Positions 1-13,337 are shown, counted from the first letter of the whole stretch. The stretch: 63,713 nucleotides of DNA, filler included, from Lenisia limosa (GCA_001655205.1; 19 parts of 19 records of this genome joined end to end with filler, not necessarily neighbours in it), one strand, 5' to 3'. Notes: generated by a model not told the origin, from the letters alone. Translations and numbers: made by a program.

Positions 1-1780
1 CGAGAGAGAGAGAGAGAGAGAGAGAGGAAAGCACATATTCGAGCCTTCAAATTGTTTGACATTGACCATTAAAATATCGATAGTTATTGAGGAAATTGCC
101 TTTGTTCACATTGTTTTCTCATTTTTGGAGTCGAGTCGAAAGTCGTAATAATAAACCTACTGTCTGTATTCTTCGGCTCCGACAACTCTTCTTTGAATTA
201 CTCTCTATTTGTTTGTCCATACCTAGTGCTTCCTTACTGCCACAAAAAACTGAATTTCCAGATACATCCTCAAAAATTATCGATATTCTGATGGTCTTTT
301 CGTAACTATGGGTCACTTGCATTCTTTTCCCAGGTTTTTTCTGTGCATATCCAAGCCCTTTTCATGACCGAAGGATTCCCTCACATACTCATATTTTTTG
401 AGAGGAGAAATAAAACAAGGTTGCATTTGACCAAACCAGTCCATTCCATCACGCTGATAAGAGATATTGGATTATAGTAATATAAATACCAACTACTTGC
501 TTTACAACTCTGTGCACACAGCTGTCAGCTTCCCCACCAACTCATATTAGTGAAGTCTTTTTCTGACATTGCAGTTGTGCCCATAGATCGTGATTGTCTG
601 CAATACGTTAGGTACTTCGTCACGGACTGAAAACATTCAGTGACCGGGAGAAGTCTTGACCTATTTCGCTTGGGAAATCATATAGCAAATCGCAAGACTT
701 ACCCTGGTCACTGTATGGTCCTAAATTTGTGTCTTATTTCCCTTGTCTTGATAAATACATATCATATCATATAGTATATTATTATTTATTTGAAAAAAAA
801 AAAAAAGNNNNNNNNNNNNNNNNNNNNNNNNNNNNNNNNNNNNNNNNNNNNNNNNNNNNNNNNAAATCACAATAACAAAGAGCATCATCTGAAAAGAAGA
901 ATTTAATACCAAAAAAACTTCATTGCGTTGATTGGCGATTAGGAGTTGAATGGCAAATGTTTGTAAATTAAAAGTAGGCTTGAATATACTATAATATTCA
1001 AAATCCATATTAGATGTGATTTTTTACTGAGTGTTTTTTGATTAAACATTTATTGTTCTTTCTAAAGATGTGAATGGATCAGGACAGACAAAGCACTTCT
1101 TTTTTTATATTCACAAATCTCATTAGATCATTGATAAGTGATAGAATGGGCCTCTAGTCAAAGAGAAAGTTCATCGTTTTGTGTTTGCAAGGGAGAAAGC
1201 AATACAACGACCATATGTACTCAAGAGGAAAGAAATAGAAGGGCCTTGATAAAACGACTAGCAATCAAATCCCCAAAATTCGTTGAACTGACTTGAATGT
1301 GACTTCTTTGTTGGAGATTGACTTGGGGTATGTCACAAAAACAGCTGAAGTGTCTCCTTTATGTCCCCAAAAGTGGTATTCTGAGAAATTAGCGATATCT
1401 AGCGGGGAGAAGGCCCCAGAGTGAGTCCCACCTCTTTCAAAGACACATATAGAACAGTAGATTAAGGCGTTTCCATTGACCTAAAGAGTCAGAATGTGTT
1501 TATTCTTCTTAAATAGACGCCCACTTTCGTGTCAGTAATCTCGTAGATGTTCAATGTGATTGGCTCTTCTTTTTTTGGCTTCCCTCCGGGTGGTGTACTG
1601 GAATGCGGATAATACACCATCTTCTTCTTCTTTAAGTGTCGTAAAAGTGTCGATTGGAGCAATTCAAAAAAATTATACATATATTTTCGATAAATTTCGA
1701 AATTAGTTTCGATATATATGTAAAATTTCAAAAAATACATTTTTGAATATTTACTGTGTATATGACTTGGAATACGCAAA

Positions 1781-1880
1781 NNNNNNNNNNNNNNNNNNNN
1801 NNNNNNNNNNNNNNNNNNNNNNNNTTAATTAATTAANNNNNNNNNNNNNNNNNNNNNNNNNNNNNNNNNNNNNNNNNNNN
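1781..1880. other. Artificial scaffold spacer N44-TTAATTAATTAA-N44 (first of 18)
   Basis: The same 100-nt structure recurs with the 12-mer at 1825, 7599, 14377, 18462, 20462, 22250, 25418, 27540, 30551, 33711, 40814, 44173, 46451, 47876, 50517, 56680, 60246 and 61493. The 12-mer has stops in all frames on both strands. Confidence 0.98.
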
Positions 1881-4800
1881 CCCCCCCTTATACGTTCACA
1901 ATTTGACCGCAAGGTGTGGTCTGTTCGTGTGGTGCCAACTTCGAAAATTACGATTTTAGGCTCAAATTCCGGCTCGGCCGTCATTTTCTCCTTCAAGCAT
2001 CGGGCTTGCCACTTCATATACGCTTCCCAGCCAGGGGTGTCTGGCAACCACTCCCCGTCAATTTCGGGGATTTTGCTTGTCGTCTCCCGGGGGTTTTCGG
2101 GGAGGCTCATTGGGAACGCTAAATCTGAAAAATAATAATCTGGAGAGGGGGGGGGGGTAATCTTAATTATAATCGAAGGATTGATATGAATATCATGAAG
2201 AGGGCTTCCCTACAGTCCGAAAAAGACCTTGAAAATATCGATATTCATCGAGGAATTATCGAGCTTTTCACTCTTTTTTTGGATTGTAAGGAAGCTCTAA
2301 TCATGAAGTACTTGTCTCCCCCTCTTTCAAAAAAAACATATACAGAACAACTACAGAGAGTCCTTTTCGGACCATTGGGAAGCCCTACATATTATAACAT
2401 AAAAACTAAAAGGGGACAATCACAAAAAAAAACACAATTATCAACCAAAATAGACATACTTGGTCGAGCGGGTGAGCTGCAGACAGGACAAACAAAACCT
2501 AGGGGGTGAGGAAAAATACACGGTTTTCCAAAAGATCAAATAAAACCTTGAGGGACGAAAGAAATCAAATTTGAGAGGTACCAATAGGGCTTCACTTCTG
2601 TTCGAAAAAAGACTGAATTTCTCGATAAAGCCTCGAAAGCTATCGATATTGTTCCGAGTTTTTTTCGAACCGAAGTGAAGCCCTAGGTACCCTCCCCCCC
2701 AACCATTAATTAAATGAGAGCGCAACCGTGCGGAGCCTGGCACTTCATCATTTTGTAGTGGAACTGGACTGAGGGAGGTCGACTTCACGGCGGCATTCTA
2801 CAGAGGGTCAATCGTTGTTTCGGAGTTGCTTTGTTTTCTTTTGAGTGACATGATCGCTGGACCCCCCCCCCCCNNNNNNNNNNNNNNNNNNNNNNNNNNN
2901 NNNNNNNNNNNNNNNNNNNNNNNNNNNNNNNNNNNNNNNNNNNNNNNNNNNTATCACTGCTTGTGCTCGGTGCAATTCATTGCAAAATTAATTGCAAAAT
3001 TTGAAATGAGACATATAATCATGGGAACCCCCATTTCAGACACTTTTATTTCAATCTTAATTATTAATTTCTTCAAAAAATGAATTGCACGTAACCTATT
3101 TAGCATATGTACCACATGTACCCCACCTCATCTGGAATTATACCCTGCAGAGCCGAGGAATGAGACGATTCCGACGGTGGTGCCTCCTCCTGCCCAAACC
3201 CAAGGAAATGGAGCAGTTTGTCGAAAAATGTCGTTGGTTGCTCTTGTGACTGTGGGGAGTAAGATGGAAAATTTATGTGACAAAAAAAGCCCAAATAAAC
3301 TCTGCTGGTAAATNNNNNNNNNNNNNNNNNNNNNNNNNNNNNNNNNNNNNNNNNNNNNNNNNNNNNNNNNNNNNNNNNNNNNNNNNNCAACAAAACAAAC
3401 AAAGCTCAGGCGAGTCGCTTCTGTAGCACCGCATCACTCCTGTGGTGATTTAACAAAAAAAAAAAACAATAAATAAACTCTGCTCATGGGGGTGCCGGGG
3501 AGTGTGTTGTGAGAGAGACGTAACCCCCTCGTTGAGAATGTGGTTCTTTTCATGATGAAGGGGGTGCGAAACAATCGCTTTCCAAAGCAGCAACTCTTGG
3601 CTTTAAGCCTTTTTCAAACCGAAGTGAGAAGGGTTCAAGAGGAGAAGTCTTCCTTTGCTGCAAGAAGGAAAACTGCAAGTACTACAACAGCGTTACTGTC
3701 CCAGCTGTAAGCGTGTAATACATGCATTTAAGACTTTTAGACCACGATTACCGGACAATGTGGAGATTTCCTTTTGTTGGTGGTGTACAGACCCAATTTC
3801 AATTGTGTATTTGACTGTGGAAAGTGCTTGCCCCCTTTACCCGATTCCTCCAAGAGAAAGCGCTTCTATCTTCAAGGGATGAAGTTTTTCATCACTAAAA
3901 TCGAGATAGAAGCGTATTTAGCATGGTTCCTTGCCCAAAACGAGATTTTGGAGCTTGAAGGTTTGTTTAGAGCTCTCTCATTCTCGTTTTACTTCATATA
4001 GCTGGATATAATTAAAAACTCTTCAAAAGAGTTTCTAACTTTTGACAGTATTTGCGAGGTCTTTTAGGGATCCAATCGGGCCTTCAGAAGTCCTTTGAAA
4101 CCGCCCTCGCCCTAATTGAAGAATTAAGATGATATCCGCATTCGCGCCCTCTCTCTTCTGATAATGTACAGACGAAGATAACTATGACACGTCCTCTCTC
4201 TTCTGATAATGTACAGACAAAGATAACTTTACAACACTTGAGAGTTTTGTTTTTGTTTTTAAAGTTGAAATGCCCCAGGAAGGGAGAAGGGAAGCCCGGA
4301 TAAACTCTGCCACCAATAAAGTTACTTCTTTCGGTTAGATGGAATTATTATCTCTGCTGCTAACTTCTTTTCAGTTTTTTTGACTTTATTGTTGATGAGT
4401 TTGATTTCTTTCTTCTTTAATTTAAGTGCTGAGGTCAAAAGCTCGTCTAAAAACGACAAAAAAACAAAGAAAAGAGACAAGGATAAGAACAAGATAAAGC
4501 TTTCTCAAAGAAGACACCCTCTCCTCCTAGTTTTGTATCTCCCCAATACCCCTCCCCCCTCCATTCCTAATACTCCATGGAAAGATGATCACTGCCATCT
4601 TGATACCGTTTTTTAGATTGAGTGATTGCCACCCAATGCTGTTCCAAATCATCATACATATAATACCCCAAAGGGCTTCACTCAGTTCAAACAAGCCCGG
4701 TATAATATCGATAGTTTACGAGGATTAATCGAAAAATTCAGTCTTTTTTGAACCGAAAATGAAGACCCCCCCCCCCNNNNNNNNNNNNNNNNNNNNNNNN

Positions 4801-5572
4801 NNNNNNNNNNNNNNNNNNNNNNNNNNNNNNNNNNNNNNNNNNNNNNNNNNNNNNCGTCGGAAGTTTTGGAAGCCAGAAAAGGGGCTGGTGCCGGGGTCAT
4901 GTTCCATCTTATCCAGTTCATGACTGAAGAGTGATAATAACGCGGGTTATTTTTTTTTGCATAATTAGGTGACTTCAGCTATATCATATTTCTTATTATC
5001 GCTTTAAGAAAAAGGGATCATAAATATTCCTCCTTAGTCATTGAGTGGCTTTTCACTTTGTATATGATGTTTTAAAACAATTGAGTTACATCAGGACTTT
5101 GTGTAATAATTATATTTTAATAATTTTGAAAAGGGTATGAATGCTACCTAACTTCAAATTTCAAAATAATTAAAATTAATCACAGATTCCCATTGTTTTT
5201 GTTTTTATCTTTATGACTTCTTGTCAAAGAAGCGTACCAGCAGGGGGGAGTGGAAGAAGCGATGCTGCTGAACCTGTGTTTGTAGGGAGCTCTGCTTTAC
5301 TGAGAGCCTCGAATGGCACCTAGGATAGTGATGATGTTGATGGTGATGGTGATGATTATGAAGATGATGATTATGACCATGGTGGTGATGCTTATGTTGA
5401 TGGTGATATGATGGAAGGTGCCCCCCCCCCCNNNNNNNNNNNNNNNNNNNNNNNNNNNNNNNNNNNNNNNNNNNNNNNNNNNNNNNNNNNNNNNNNNNNN
5501 NNNNNNNNGAAGGTGGTAAAGCTACACGGGATACTGCACTGAAGCATATCAAGTGATCCGCTGAGTCGATAC
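1881..5572 (-). CDS. Divergent Sir2/sirtuin-like protein, multi-exon, partial
   Basis: Exons read YRLSGSLDMLQCSIPC (~5510-5572), GFVCPVCSSPARP (~2460-2499) spliced in phase to NLAF...DGEWLPDTPGWEAYMKW...KIVIFEVGTTRTDHTLRSNCER (~1890-2125). These match in order the Sir2 motifs HGS..LQC..PC, CP.CG..ARPN and LVVIEIGAG...TVR..E. The N-terminal GAG/PDFRG motif was not found. Confidence 0.65.
2587..2683. mobile_element. MITE family A (~95 bp, ~26-bp TIR, TA flanks), representative copy
   Basis: TA-GGGCTTCACTTCGGTTCGAAAAAGAC...GTCTTTTTCGAACCGAAGTGAAGCCC-TA. Near-complete copies at 4673-4768, 5891-5981, 16979-17075, 18838-18927, 22475-22562, 31983-32062, 35268-35356, 36908-36991, 37391-37475, 39728-39821, 41315-41408, 43551-43644, 45094-45183, 48789-48883 and 62809-62897, plus fragments. 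Confidence 0.9.
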
Positions 5573-7370
5573 CTAAAAAAAGTCAATTTTCAATGATTAT
5601 CATATATTAGCTATGTCATTTTTACAGTGACTGGGATAAGTCTTGACCGATTCCTTATGTGATTTCCCAAGGAAAATCAGTTAAGACTTATCCCGCTCAA
5701 CATTTGTATGTATGGATGTACACACATCCATGTACATATTGAATAAAATGTACTTCTTCCCTTTTCCAGAACACAAAGAGGCTTTAATTATATTCGTTCA
5801 AGACCAGGGCTTCATTTCGATTTCTCCATGAATTCTCCTCCCCAACAATTTTAAAGAGAACAATTGATCCCACTCCAACATTTACAGGTTGGGCTTCACT
5901 TCGGCTCGAAAAAGACTGGTAAATCATCGATAGTTTTCGAGGATTTATCGAGAATTTCATTCTTTTTTCGAAGTGAAGCCCTATTTGTAGGGCTTGTGTA
6001 AATGGATCCATACCGACATTTGAAGGGGAGAGGGGAACAGAGCAGACTGAATTGGTCCATCTTCGTCAGTGTCTGGAAGAGGCGGAGACGTATCAGGCCA
6101 CTCAGCCTGGGGGAGGGGGGAGTAAAACGAAAATCGAGGTTGGCACAAAGATGCTAATTGGAAAATTAATGAAGCAGAATTGCATCCCCGTCACTCCAGC
6201 GTACATTGAGTTAAAGAAAAAAAACACAAAAATGAGACGCAAAGTGAAACGTGAGAGGAGTAAATTGGAATTAATGGATCCAGGGATATACATATGTATA
6301 TGTGAGTGCAAGGCGTCCACGCAATGGCGTGGGATGGGGGTAGCTTAAGGTATCCGTCGGCAGCTCCCACAGCCTGAAACCAATCGTGATGGAGACCTGA
6401 CAATGGTTGGTGCTCTACGAATGACACGGTTCCCTCGTTATGTGTTGCTTCCGTGATCGTACAGTCCAAAGCACATATTACACGCAACTCGTAAATACAA
6501 ATATTTATTCATAATTTTCCATGGATGATTCCCTTGTATTATTTCAGTTTTTTAGATTATAACATCAATATTGTGTACAGTATATCATATAGAGACTTTG
6601 TCAACATGATTCATTCCAAATAGAAGTCTATTGAAAAAAAAAATGGATGAGCTGGGAATTTCATATTCTCCAAATCTCTAGCATGAACGGCCATAGAAAC
6701 GTAGGATGAAGCATTTATTTCTCATTGTTTTTGTTTATGGTTTTGGCTGGGGCTGCTATAGTGTTTCTTCTTGAAGCCGAGTACATTAAGATCCCGGCTA
6801 CTGCCGAATCTCTTGTGGGCATTGTTTCTCCCAAACTGTTTGGGCTCAATGCTGTGGGCCATATCAAGTCTTTCCCTCCAGACGACTTCAAAAAAAGTTG
6901 CTCGTGACCGGGCCTGAAGCCTTCACAATGGGTCTTTTAACTAATTTCCGAAACATCACCATCCACGAAATATTCCCCTTAGAAATTCTGCATCATCGTA
7001 ACAAAAACTGGCGTGACAGGACGCACAACCGCGTTGAGGAAGCTGGCGGAGGGTGACCTCTTCTGTGGTTGTCCTCCGAGGTTCGTGTCTGTTACCGGGG
7101 AACGCGGGATCCGAAGTCCCCTGGAAACCGGGACGTTACCCAGATTCACTTATATTCATTATAGATGGGTTACTACAGTCAGTGTGTTGACTGTGGCAAT
7201 ATTTTTGCCGGACATAAATCTTGCAATGAGTTTTAACAACAAATAACACAAACAATCCTACCCTTTGGGATGTGAAGTCAAATTTCTGTTTTTTGGTGTG
7301 ATAAACACATCTGTTAATGAATATGCCTTCCTAGATTTAATTCAGCATGTGAGCCGCGAATGCAACCTAA

Positions 7371-7491
7371 ATGGTTGTTTTTTTTCGTAATAAGGCGAAA
7401 CAACTCATTGCTACTTTGGCCAATATCACAGAATACGCAGTTGGTGACGCTGATGAATTTGAATTCATAGCTGACCTTTTCTTCGATGAAG
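7371..7491 (+). CDS. Probable first exon of an unknown protein (MVVFFRNKAKQLIATLANITEYAVGDADEFEFIADLFFDE)
   Basis: ATG-initiated open frame ending at a strong GTAAGT donor near the scaffold end. Confidence 0.4.
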
Positions 7492-7796
7492 TAAGTTACT
7501 GTTTACGTGGTTGGAAATTAACAAAGCGCACTCCCATATCCCTGGTTATTGGAANNNNNNNNNNNNNNNNNNNNNNNNNNNNNNNNNNNNNNNNNNNNTT
7601 AATTAATTAANNNNNNNNNNNNNNNNNNNNNNNNNNNNNNNNNNNNNNNNNNNNGCTCCAGGGCTGGGGAGGGGTGAGGAATGCTGTTGGATAGAGGAAG
7701 TAAGCAACTGACAACTTAATACTATTGATATCTAACAATGTGTCCAAATCTTGGTTTTACTAAAATAACTACAGTAACAGTACAACCCCCACTCAC

Positions 7797-10700
7797 AAGT
7801 CAATATCAACGATATGGGAGAGTTCTGGAGTGAACACTGCGATCTTTCGATCCGTGGGAATTCTGGCGACAATGAGTTTGTGGTAGTGTTGCAATTTGTC
7901 TTCAAAATTATACTCCGCTTTAATATACTATGCCAATATCCATAAACAAAAAAAAAGTTAACAGTTCTAGAATACTTGGTCAGTGATCAACACCCCCCCC
8001 CCCNNNNNNNNNNNNNNNNNNNNNNNNNNNNNNNNNNNNNNNNNNNNNNNNNNNNNNNNNNNNNNNNNNNNNNNNNNNNNNNNNNNNNNNNNNNNNNNNN
8101 NNNNNNNNNNNNNNNNNNNNNATAGTACCCCGGAGAGACTCTGACAGTAAGAAGGTGCGATAAGGAAGGGTATAATATTACTCTATAAGTGCACCTTTTG
8201 TTTATGATAAAATATATTGAGCCACTTATAATCTGTTCTCCTTTGAGGGCTTATCAATATTTACGATAATATTTTCTATAAAGCCTTTGATGTCTGCAAT
8301 TCTAACTCTCTGGCACCTCCTAAATCTGTGACATGAGACGGATTTAGGAGGGCCTACCTGGGTTATTATTCAGGGGCTATTGTCCTTATTCATGAATCTA
8401 ATCCTTGTAGGTATGCTGAGGAGGCACGCANNNNNNNNNNNNNNNNNNNNNNNNNNNNNNNNNNNNNNNNNNNNNNNNNNNNNNNNNNNNNNNNNNNNNN
8501 NNNNNNNNNNNNNNNNNNNNNNNNNNNNNNNNNNNNNNNNNNNNNNNNNNNNNNNNNNNNNNNNNNNNNNNNNNNNNNNNNNNNNNNNNNNNNNNNNNNN
8601 NNNNNNNNNNNNNNNNNNNNNNNNNNNNNNNNTAAAAAATATTAACAGACCTCTCATGTCTTTCTATCAAACAGAAATAGTACAACATTTACCCCAATAC
8701 CCCCACGTACCTGAGCCTCCGAGCCGACACGGATGGAATCGGCCTCCTCCCAGCCGTCAACTTTCCACCGTATAACACGTCCGCTCATTCCTATGGGGGT
8801 GAAACAAAGGAAAGTTATGAAACATTAGATCGACTGTATTGGCTAAATATTTGCCTAACGCAGGTAAAAGAATGATATTTCGATGGGTCAACAACAATAA
8901 AGCCTCCAACCGCCGGCATAGAGACTGCCGTCAGACGCTGCCAGCGCAGAGGTGGCTGTTTGGTGGCTTTCTAGGGTGTGTGTGTAGGAGAAGTCCTGGG
9001 CTGAGAGAATCTAAAGGGTCAGAGGGTGGTGAACGAGTCAGTATCAAAAACAATAATTTACAAAAAAAAATAGATATGGTACAATCTTCCCCTCCCCACG
9101 TGTATTTTGGTGTCGCGGTATCCGCCAGTTTTGCCAGCCCCCGTGGCGACAAAGCCCTTGCCGTAGCCGCGGCCAATGAAGGACACTGCTCGGATGGGGC
9201 CCTCGTGCTTCGTTTCCACTGTCTGCAGGGTGACCATTCGCAGTTTAGAACAACCAACTCTATTGACCGACAGTTTTTCTCCTTTACTCCCTCTCACATC
9301 TAACAGCTTATGAGTCTTGAGACACCATATTTTGAGAGTCGTAGAGTAATCAGAACTAATCACTTTGGGCCCAACTTTACAGAGACATGATATAGCTCTG
9401 GGGGGTCAGTGAAACCAAATTTAATTAGTAATAAAAAGACTCAGATCAATATGCATATCAGCCATCCCACGAAGAGTTATGCTGGAACGTGGCAACTGGT
9501 GTGAAACTGAGGGTTCTTGGGAGCGGTTNNNNNNNNNNNNNNNNNNNNNNNNNNNNNNNNNNNNNNNNNNNNNNNNNNNNNNNNNNNNNNNNNNNNNNNN
9601 NNNNNNNNNNNNNNNNNNNNNNNNNNTATGATATGATATTGGATACGCATATCATATCTATAGCCAGGGCTTCCATGATCAAAGGGCATGATGTTTAAGT
9701 AACCTTTACTTCATATCACCCCCTCACGGCAATCCAAGTGGCGACACGGGGTGCCAGAGACTGGGTGGCAACGGAGATGGAATCGGAAGACGCCATTGCG
9801 GCCGTCGGCGTCATGGCTGAGGGGGGGGGGGNNNNNNNNNNNNNNNNNNNNNNNNNNNNNNNNNNNNNNNNNNNNNNNNNNNNNNNNNNNNNNNNNNNNN
9901 NNNNNNNNNNNNNNNNNNNNNNNNNNNNNNNNNNNNNNNNNNNNNNNNNNNNNNNNNNNNNNNNNNNNNNNNNNNNNNNNNNNNNNNNNNNNNNNNNNNN
10001 NNNNNNNNNNNNNNNNNNNNNNNNNNNNNNNNNNNNNNNNNNNNNNNNNNNNNNCTGCCACAACACCAAACAAGATGCCCTCACCCTCACCACTGTAAAT
10101 TCTACCTTAGGCTCAAAGACATGTGAAAAGGCAAACGAGCAATCTGGTGGTATCACAAAGCCCTGGATGTATCAGTTCACCTCGTTTGGTCAACACCACG
10201 TGTATTCTGATAACCTCCACTCAACCTAGAGAAATATAAAATACAAACCTGGGGGAGGATTGGGAACACTTTGAGAAGTTCTCCGTTCTGGACACGATGG
10301 GATAAAGTGGCCACTACATGTGTACCACAAGGCGATTGGAGCAAGGTCGGTGACACAAGAATGACTGCGGTCTGAAGGAGTGAAGGATGGAATTGAAGGA
10401 CTAAACCGAAATAAACAACCTATTAAATGGTGAAAGGCAAGGATTTGTGCTTGAGATAAAAACAATATCAACAAACATGTGTAAAGTAATATACACGCTT
10501 GTATTTCTTTAGATCTTACAGTGGGATAAATAACCACATGGAACATTGCTATAGCGCTATTCAGTAACTCACCATGCAGGTGTGGGCTGCCGCAACTACC
10601 GCATGGGTATGGAAGCCTAACTCGTCAGGTCGAACTGGGCAGTCCTGCGCTGCGTAAGGGAGGAAAGGCGGAGATGAAGTAATTGATCTTAAACCAAAAC

Positions 10701-13010
10701 CAAAGAAAAAGACAGAACTCAGCGCACTTTGATAACGGCATTAATGTTGCCCTCCAGACGGCCCGCTAAAGAGGTCCAAAGAGACTCCACCACTGCAGCC
10801 TGCGCCTCCAAAGCCACAATCAGAATGTCCTGGGGGGGGGGGGNNNNNNNNNNNNNNNNNNNNNNNNNNNNNNNNNNNNNNNNNNNNNNNNNNNNNNNNN
10901 NNNNNNNNNNNNNNNNNNNNNNNNNNNNNNNNNNNNNNNNNNNNNNNNNNNNNNNNNNNNNNNNNNNNNNNNNNNNNNNNNNNNNNNNNNNNNNNNNNNN
11001 NNNNNNNNNNNNNNNNNNNNNNNNNNNNNNNNNNNNNNNNNNNNNNNNNNNNNNNNNNNNNNNNNNNNNNNNNNNNNNNNNTGAATGAGTGACACGGGCG
11101 GATTTCACATGCGTACTTTAATAGGGGCAGTTGCAGTGCGCGGTCTTGAAGACGCGGCAGACTGCACAATACTCGGGCTACTGAACCAAGACGTGACCCT
11201 GCAAGTCCGTGCGTTAAAAGGAGTTATACCACCACCAATGCAAAAAGGTAACATCTGGTTTATTGATCTTTATTGGAGCAAAAAAGTTGAGGGGGTAGGA
11301 AGCTCGGTAAAATGAAGAACCCTGCGCACTTCTCTGCCCCGGAGCCGTCAACACCGACCACAATTGCGGCATCTTCAAGAACTTCGGGAATCGGGACACC
11401 TGGGGGGGGGGGNNNNNNNNNNNNNNNNNNNNNNNNNNNNNNNNNNNNNNNNNNNNNNNNNNNNNNNNNNGTAGCAAATGGGAATTCCGCTGTGTAGTCC
11501 ATTATCACACTATTAAAAAAGACTGAAACCAATCAAAAGTTAACTGTCACCCCCCCCCCCAACATCTTGGTGAACCTGTGATGCCATCGACCCGCACAAT
11601 GAGTACCGAAAAGGGTTCGGAATTGTAACGTCTGTAACAGATAAGAACCAGAAGATCAATTTCGACCTCACAGTATTAAGTGCGATTTTCAATTCACAAA
11701 ACTACATGGCATGTACGTACCGACGGATCATTTTATAGAATAGTACAAAACCATAATAGCTCTGGGACTCACTTCTACGTTGAAATCATCGTATTTCACA
11801 AGAACTAAAACAGAAAAAAGCTCTATTTGTCACCACACTCCTTCCTATTCACCGTAATCCCCACTTACACAGCCCATTACCGTTATATTATCCCGCCTAC
11901 TCTATAACAGTACGAAACTCACGCCAGCATCGGAAATCGTCTGGAGGGTCACTGAGCAGACAAGAATGGGGGATGGGGATTTAAGGTGAAAACCTAGCAC
12001 TAACACCTTAGGTACAAAATTACATCAGTAAACACTTGAGATAAACTGACAGCCAAGCTTCAATTGTGATACGTCATCATGTCAATCATTTCACCTTCCA
12101 TAAGCAACCTCCATACTGATTGATCGTTCAGACAGCATCAATATAGCGTAAGTTGCCGTGAGGAGATGTGGACAATGAAACGGCTGCGGCTCGGCTGTCG
12201 GCAGAACTATCGCATGATGACCTTGGCTCTGGATGACTTCACGGGCGACTGCTATCGCGGCCTAAGAATGTTGGTGCCTCGTGGGATGATAAAACAGGTT
12301 ATGGATGTAGGTTAGCCGATGTATTCAGTTTCTTTCAACCCCATCAGAATGACGCTATTGATGGACATGTCAAAATATAGAATGTAGCATCAAATTAGGA
12401 CATATGAAAAATATAATGACAAAGAGAATGTCAGTGAAGGGAGAGACAGACAAAGAAACAAAAAACACGCGAAGGTCTCCTCCGCCTTGGTTCTCCTTAT
12501 GGTCAATCATTGTTTTCATGCGTTGACGGGAGAGGGGTGGAATTTCAAGAGGCCATCCACCAAATATTATGCTTCTCACCTACCTTGTGGTCATCCTCAT
12601 GGTAAGAGAGCGAGATGAGAACTTCAGGGGGTTGATCATTGGTAATAAACTACAAATGGTCAGTATCCCCTCTCAATTCACAAATAATAATACGTTAATC
12701 AAACACTCCAGGCTCTTAACAACAATGAACACGCTTAGATTTTCCACAAACCCTCGATGAAGCTTGCAAAGCTCGTGTTAGGTCTTCAATTCTCAATTGA
12801 TCTGCCGCTATTTTTGCATTTGATATTTCCAGCTCCTAAAACACCATAAATAACCACACAATCGCGGAGGGCAAAAACCTTTTGGGACGAGATGACTAAA
12901 TTCTGGAGATCACGAGGCTGAGAAGGTAGTGATGGATCAAGTGAAGGATCTTTCAAAGGTGGAGCCGGTTCTGGAGGCTGTGGTGCCAGTTTTCTGGGCT
13001 TATTACCCAT
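7797..13010 (-). CDS. TIR-TIR-WD40 protein, multi-exon, 3' partial
   Basis: ATG at 13010 (MGNKPRK) is followed by a Pro-rich and a coiled-coil exon. TIR-like 1: YAILMLSERSINDFRCWREFRTVIERYNSEPFSVLIVRVD (phase-consistent exons ~12290-11570). TIR-like 2: DILIVALEAQAAVVESLW...TAVILVSPTLLQSPCGTHVVATL...KVFPIL (~10830-10260). WD-like exons: HEGPIRAVSF..GFVATGAG..DTKIHIL, SHQTATSALAASDGSLYAGGMSGRVIRW, DRKIAVFTPEL (~9225-7800). Confidence 0.7.
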
Positions 13011-13337
13011 TATCGACGTTAATCAACCATTTCGTCGTTGAAACATAATTCTAAACTACTACATAACCATAAAGTACACCATATTTACAGTAAAGCATCT
13101 TCTCTTCCCCAAGCTCATCCACAAAAGATTTTTTATAAGCTTCTAAAATCGTAAATTTTTTCAGGTTTGGACATATACCCATTCTGATATAATATCGATA
13201 TTATAATTCTTAATAAATTTCAGATAATTCATACTCATTATTACAGTCATACATTCATACATTCATAAATACTGCTGCTTATTACCTTATTAATATAAAG
13301 CATACTAAATCGAACGAATTTATGCAGTAAGTCAAAA

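Noticed and set aside
3560-3720. FAR1/Mutator-like DNA-binding motif
   Set aside because: Part of the match overlaps a MITE A terminal fragment and the frame stops shortly after, so support is too weak.
5211-5552. His-rich ORF, and the MVVVVM ORF at 42599-42817
   Set aside because: Both are trinucleotide microsatellites located between real exons.
5784-6011. Many short ORFs sharing KRLNFSINPRKLSI or KKTEFLDKSSKT peptides
   Set aside because: They are chance translations of MITE A copies, not a protein family.
10150-10230. Two in-frame TGA codons in an otherwise plausible frame, suggesting TGA reassignment
   Set aside because: Short introns can explain it, and the MRG and BORCS8-like genes end on TGA at expected positions.
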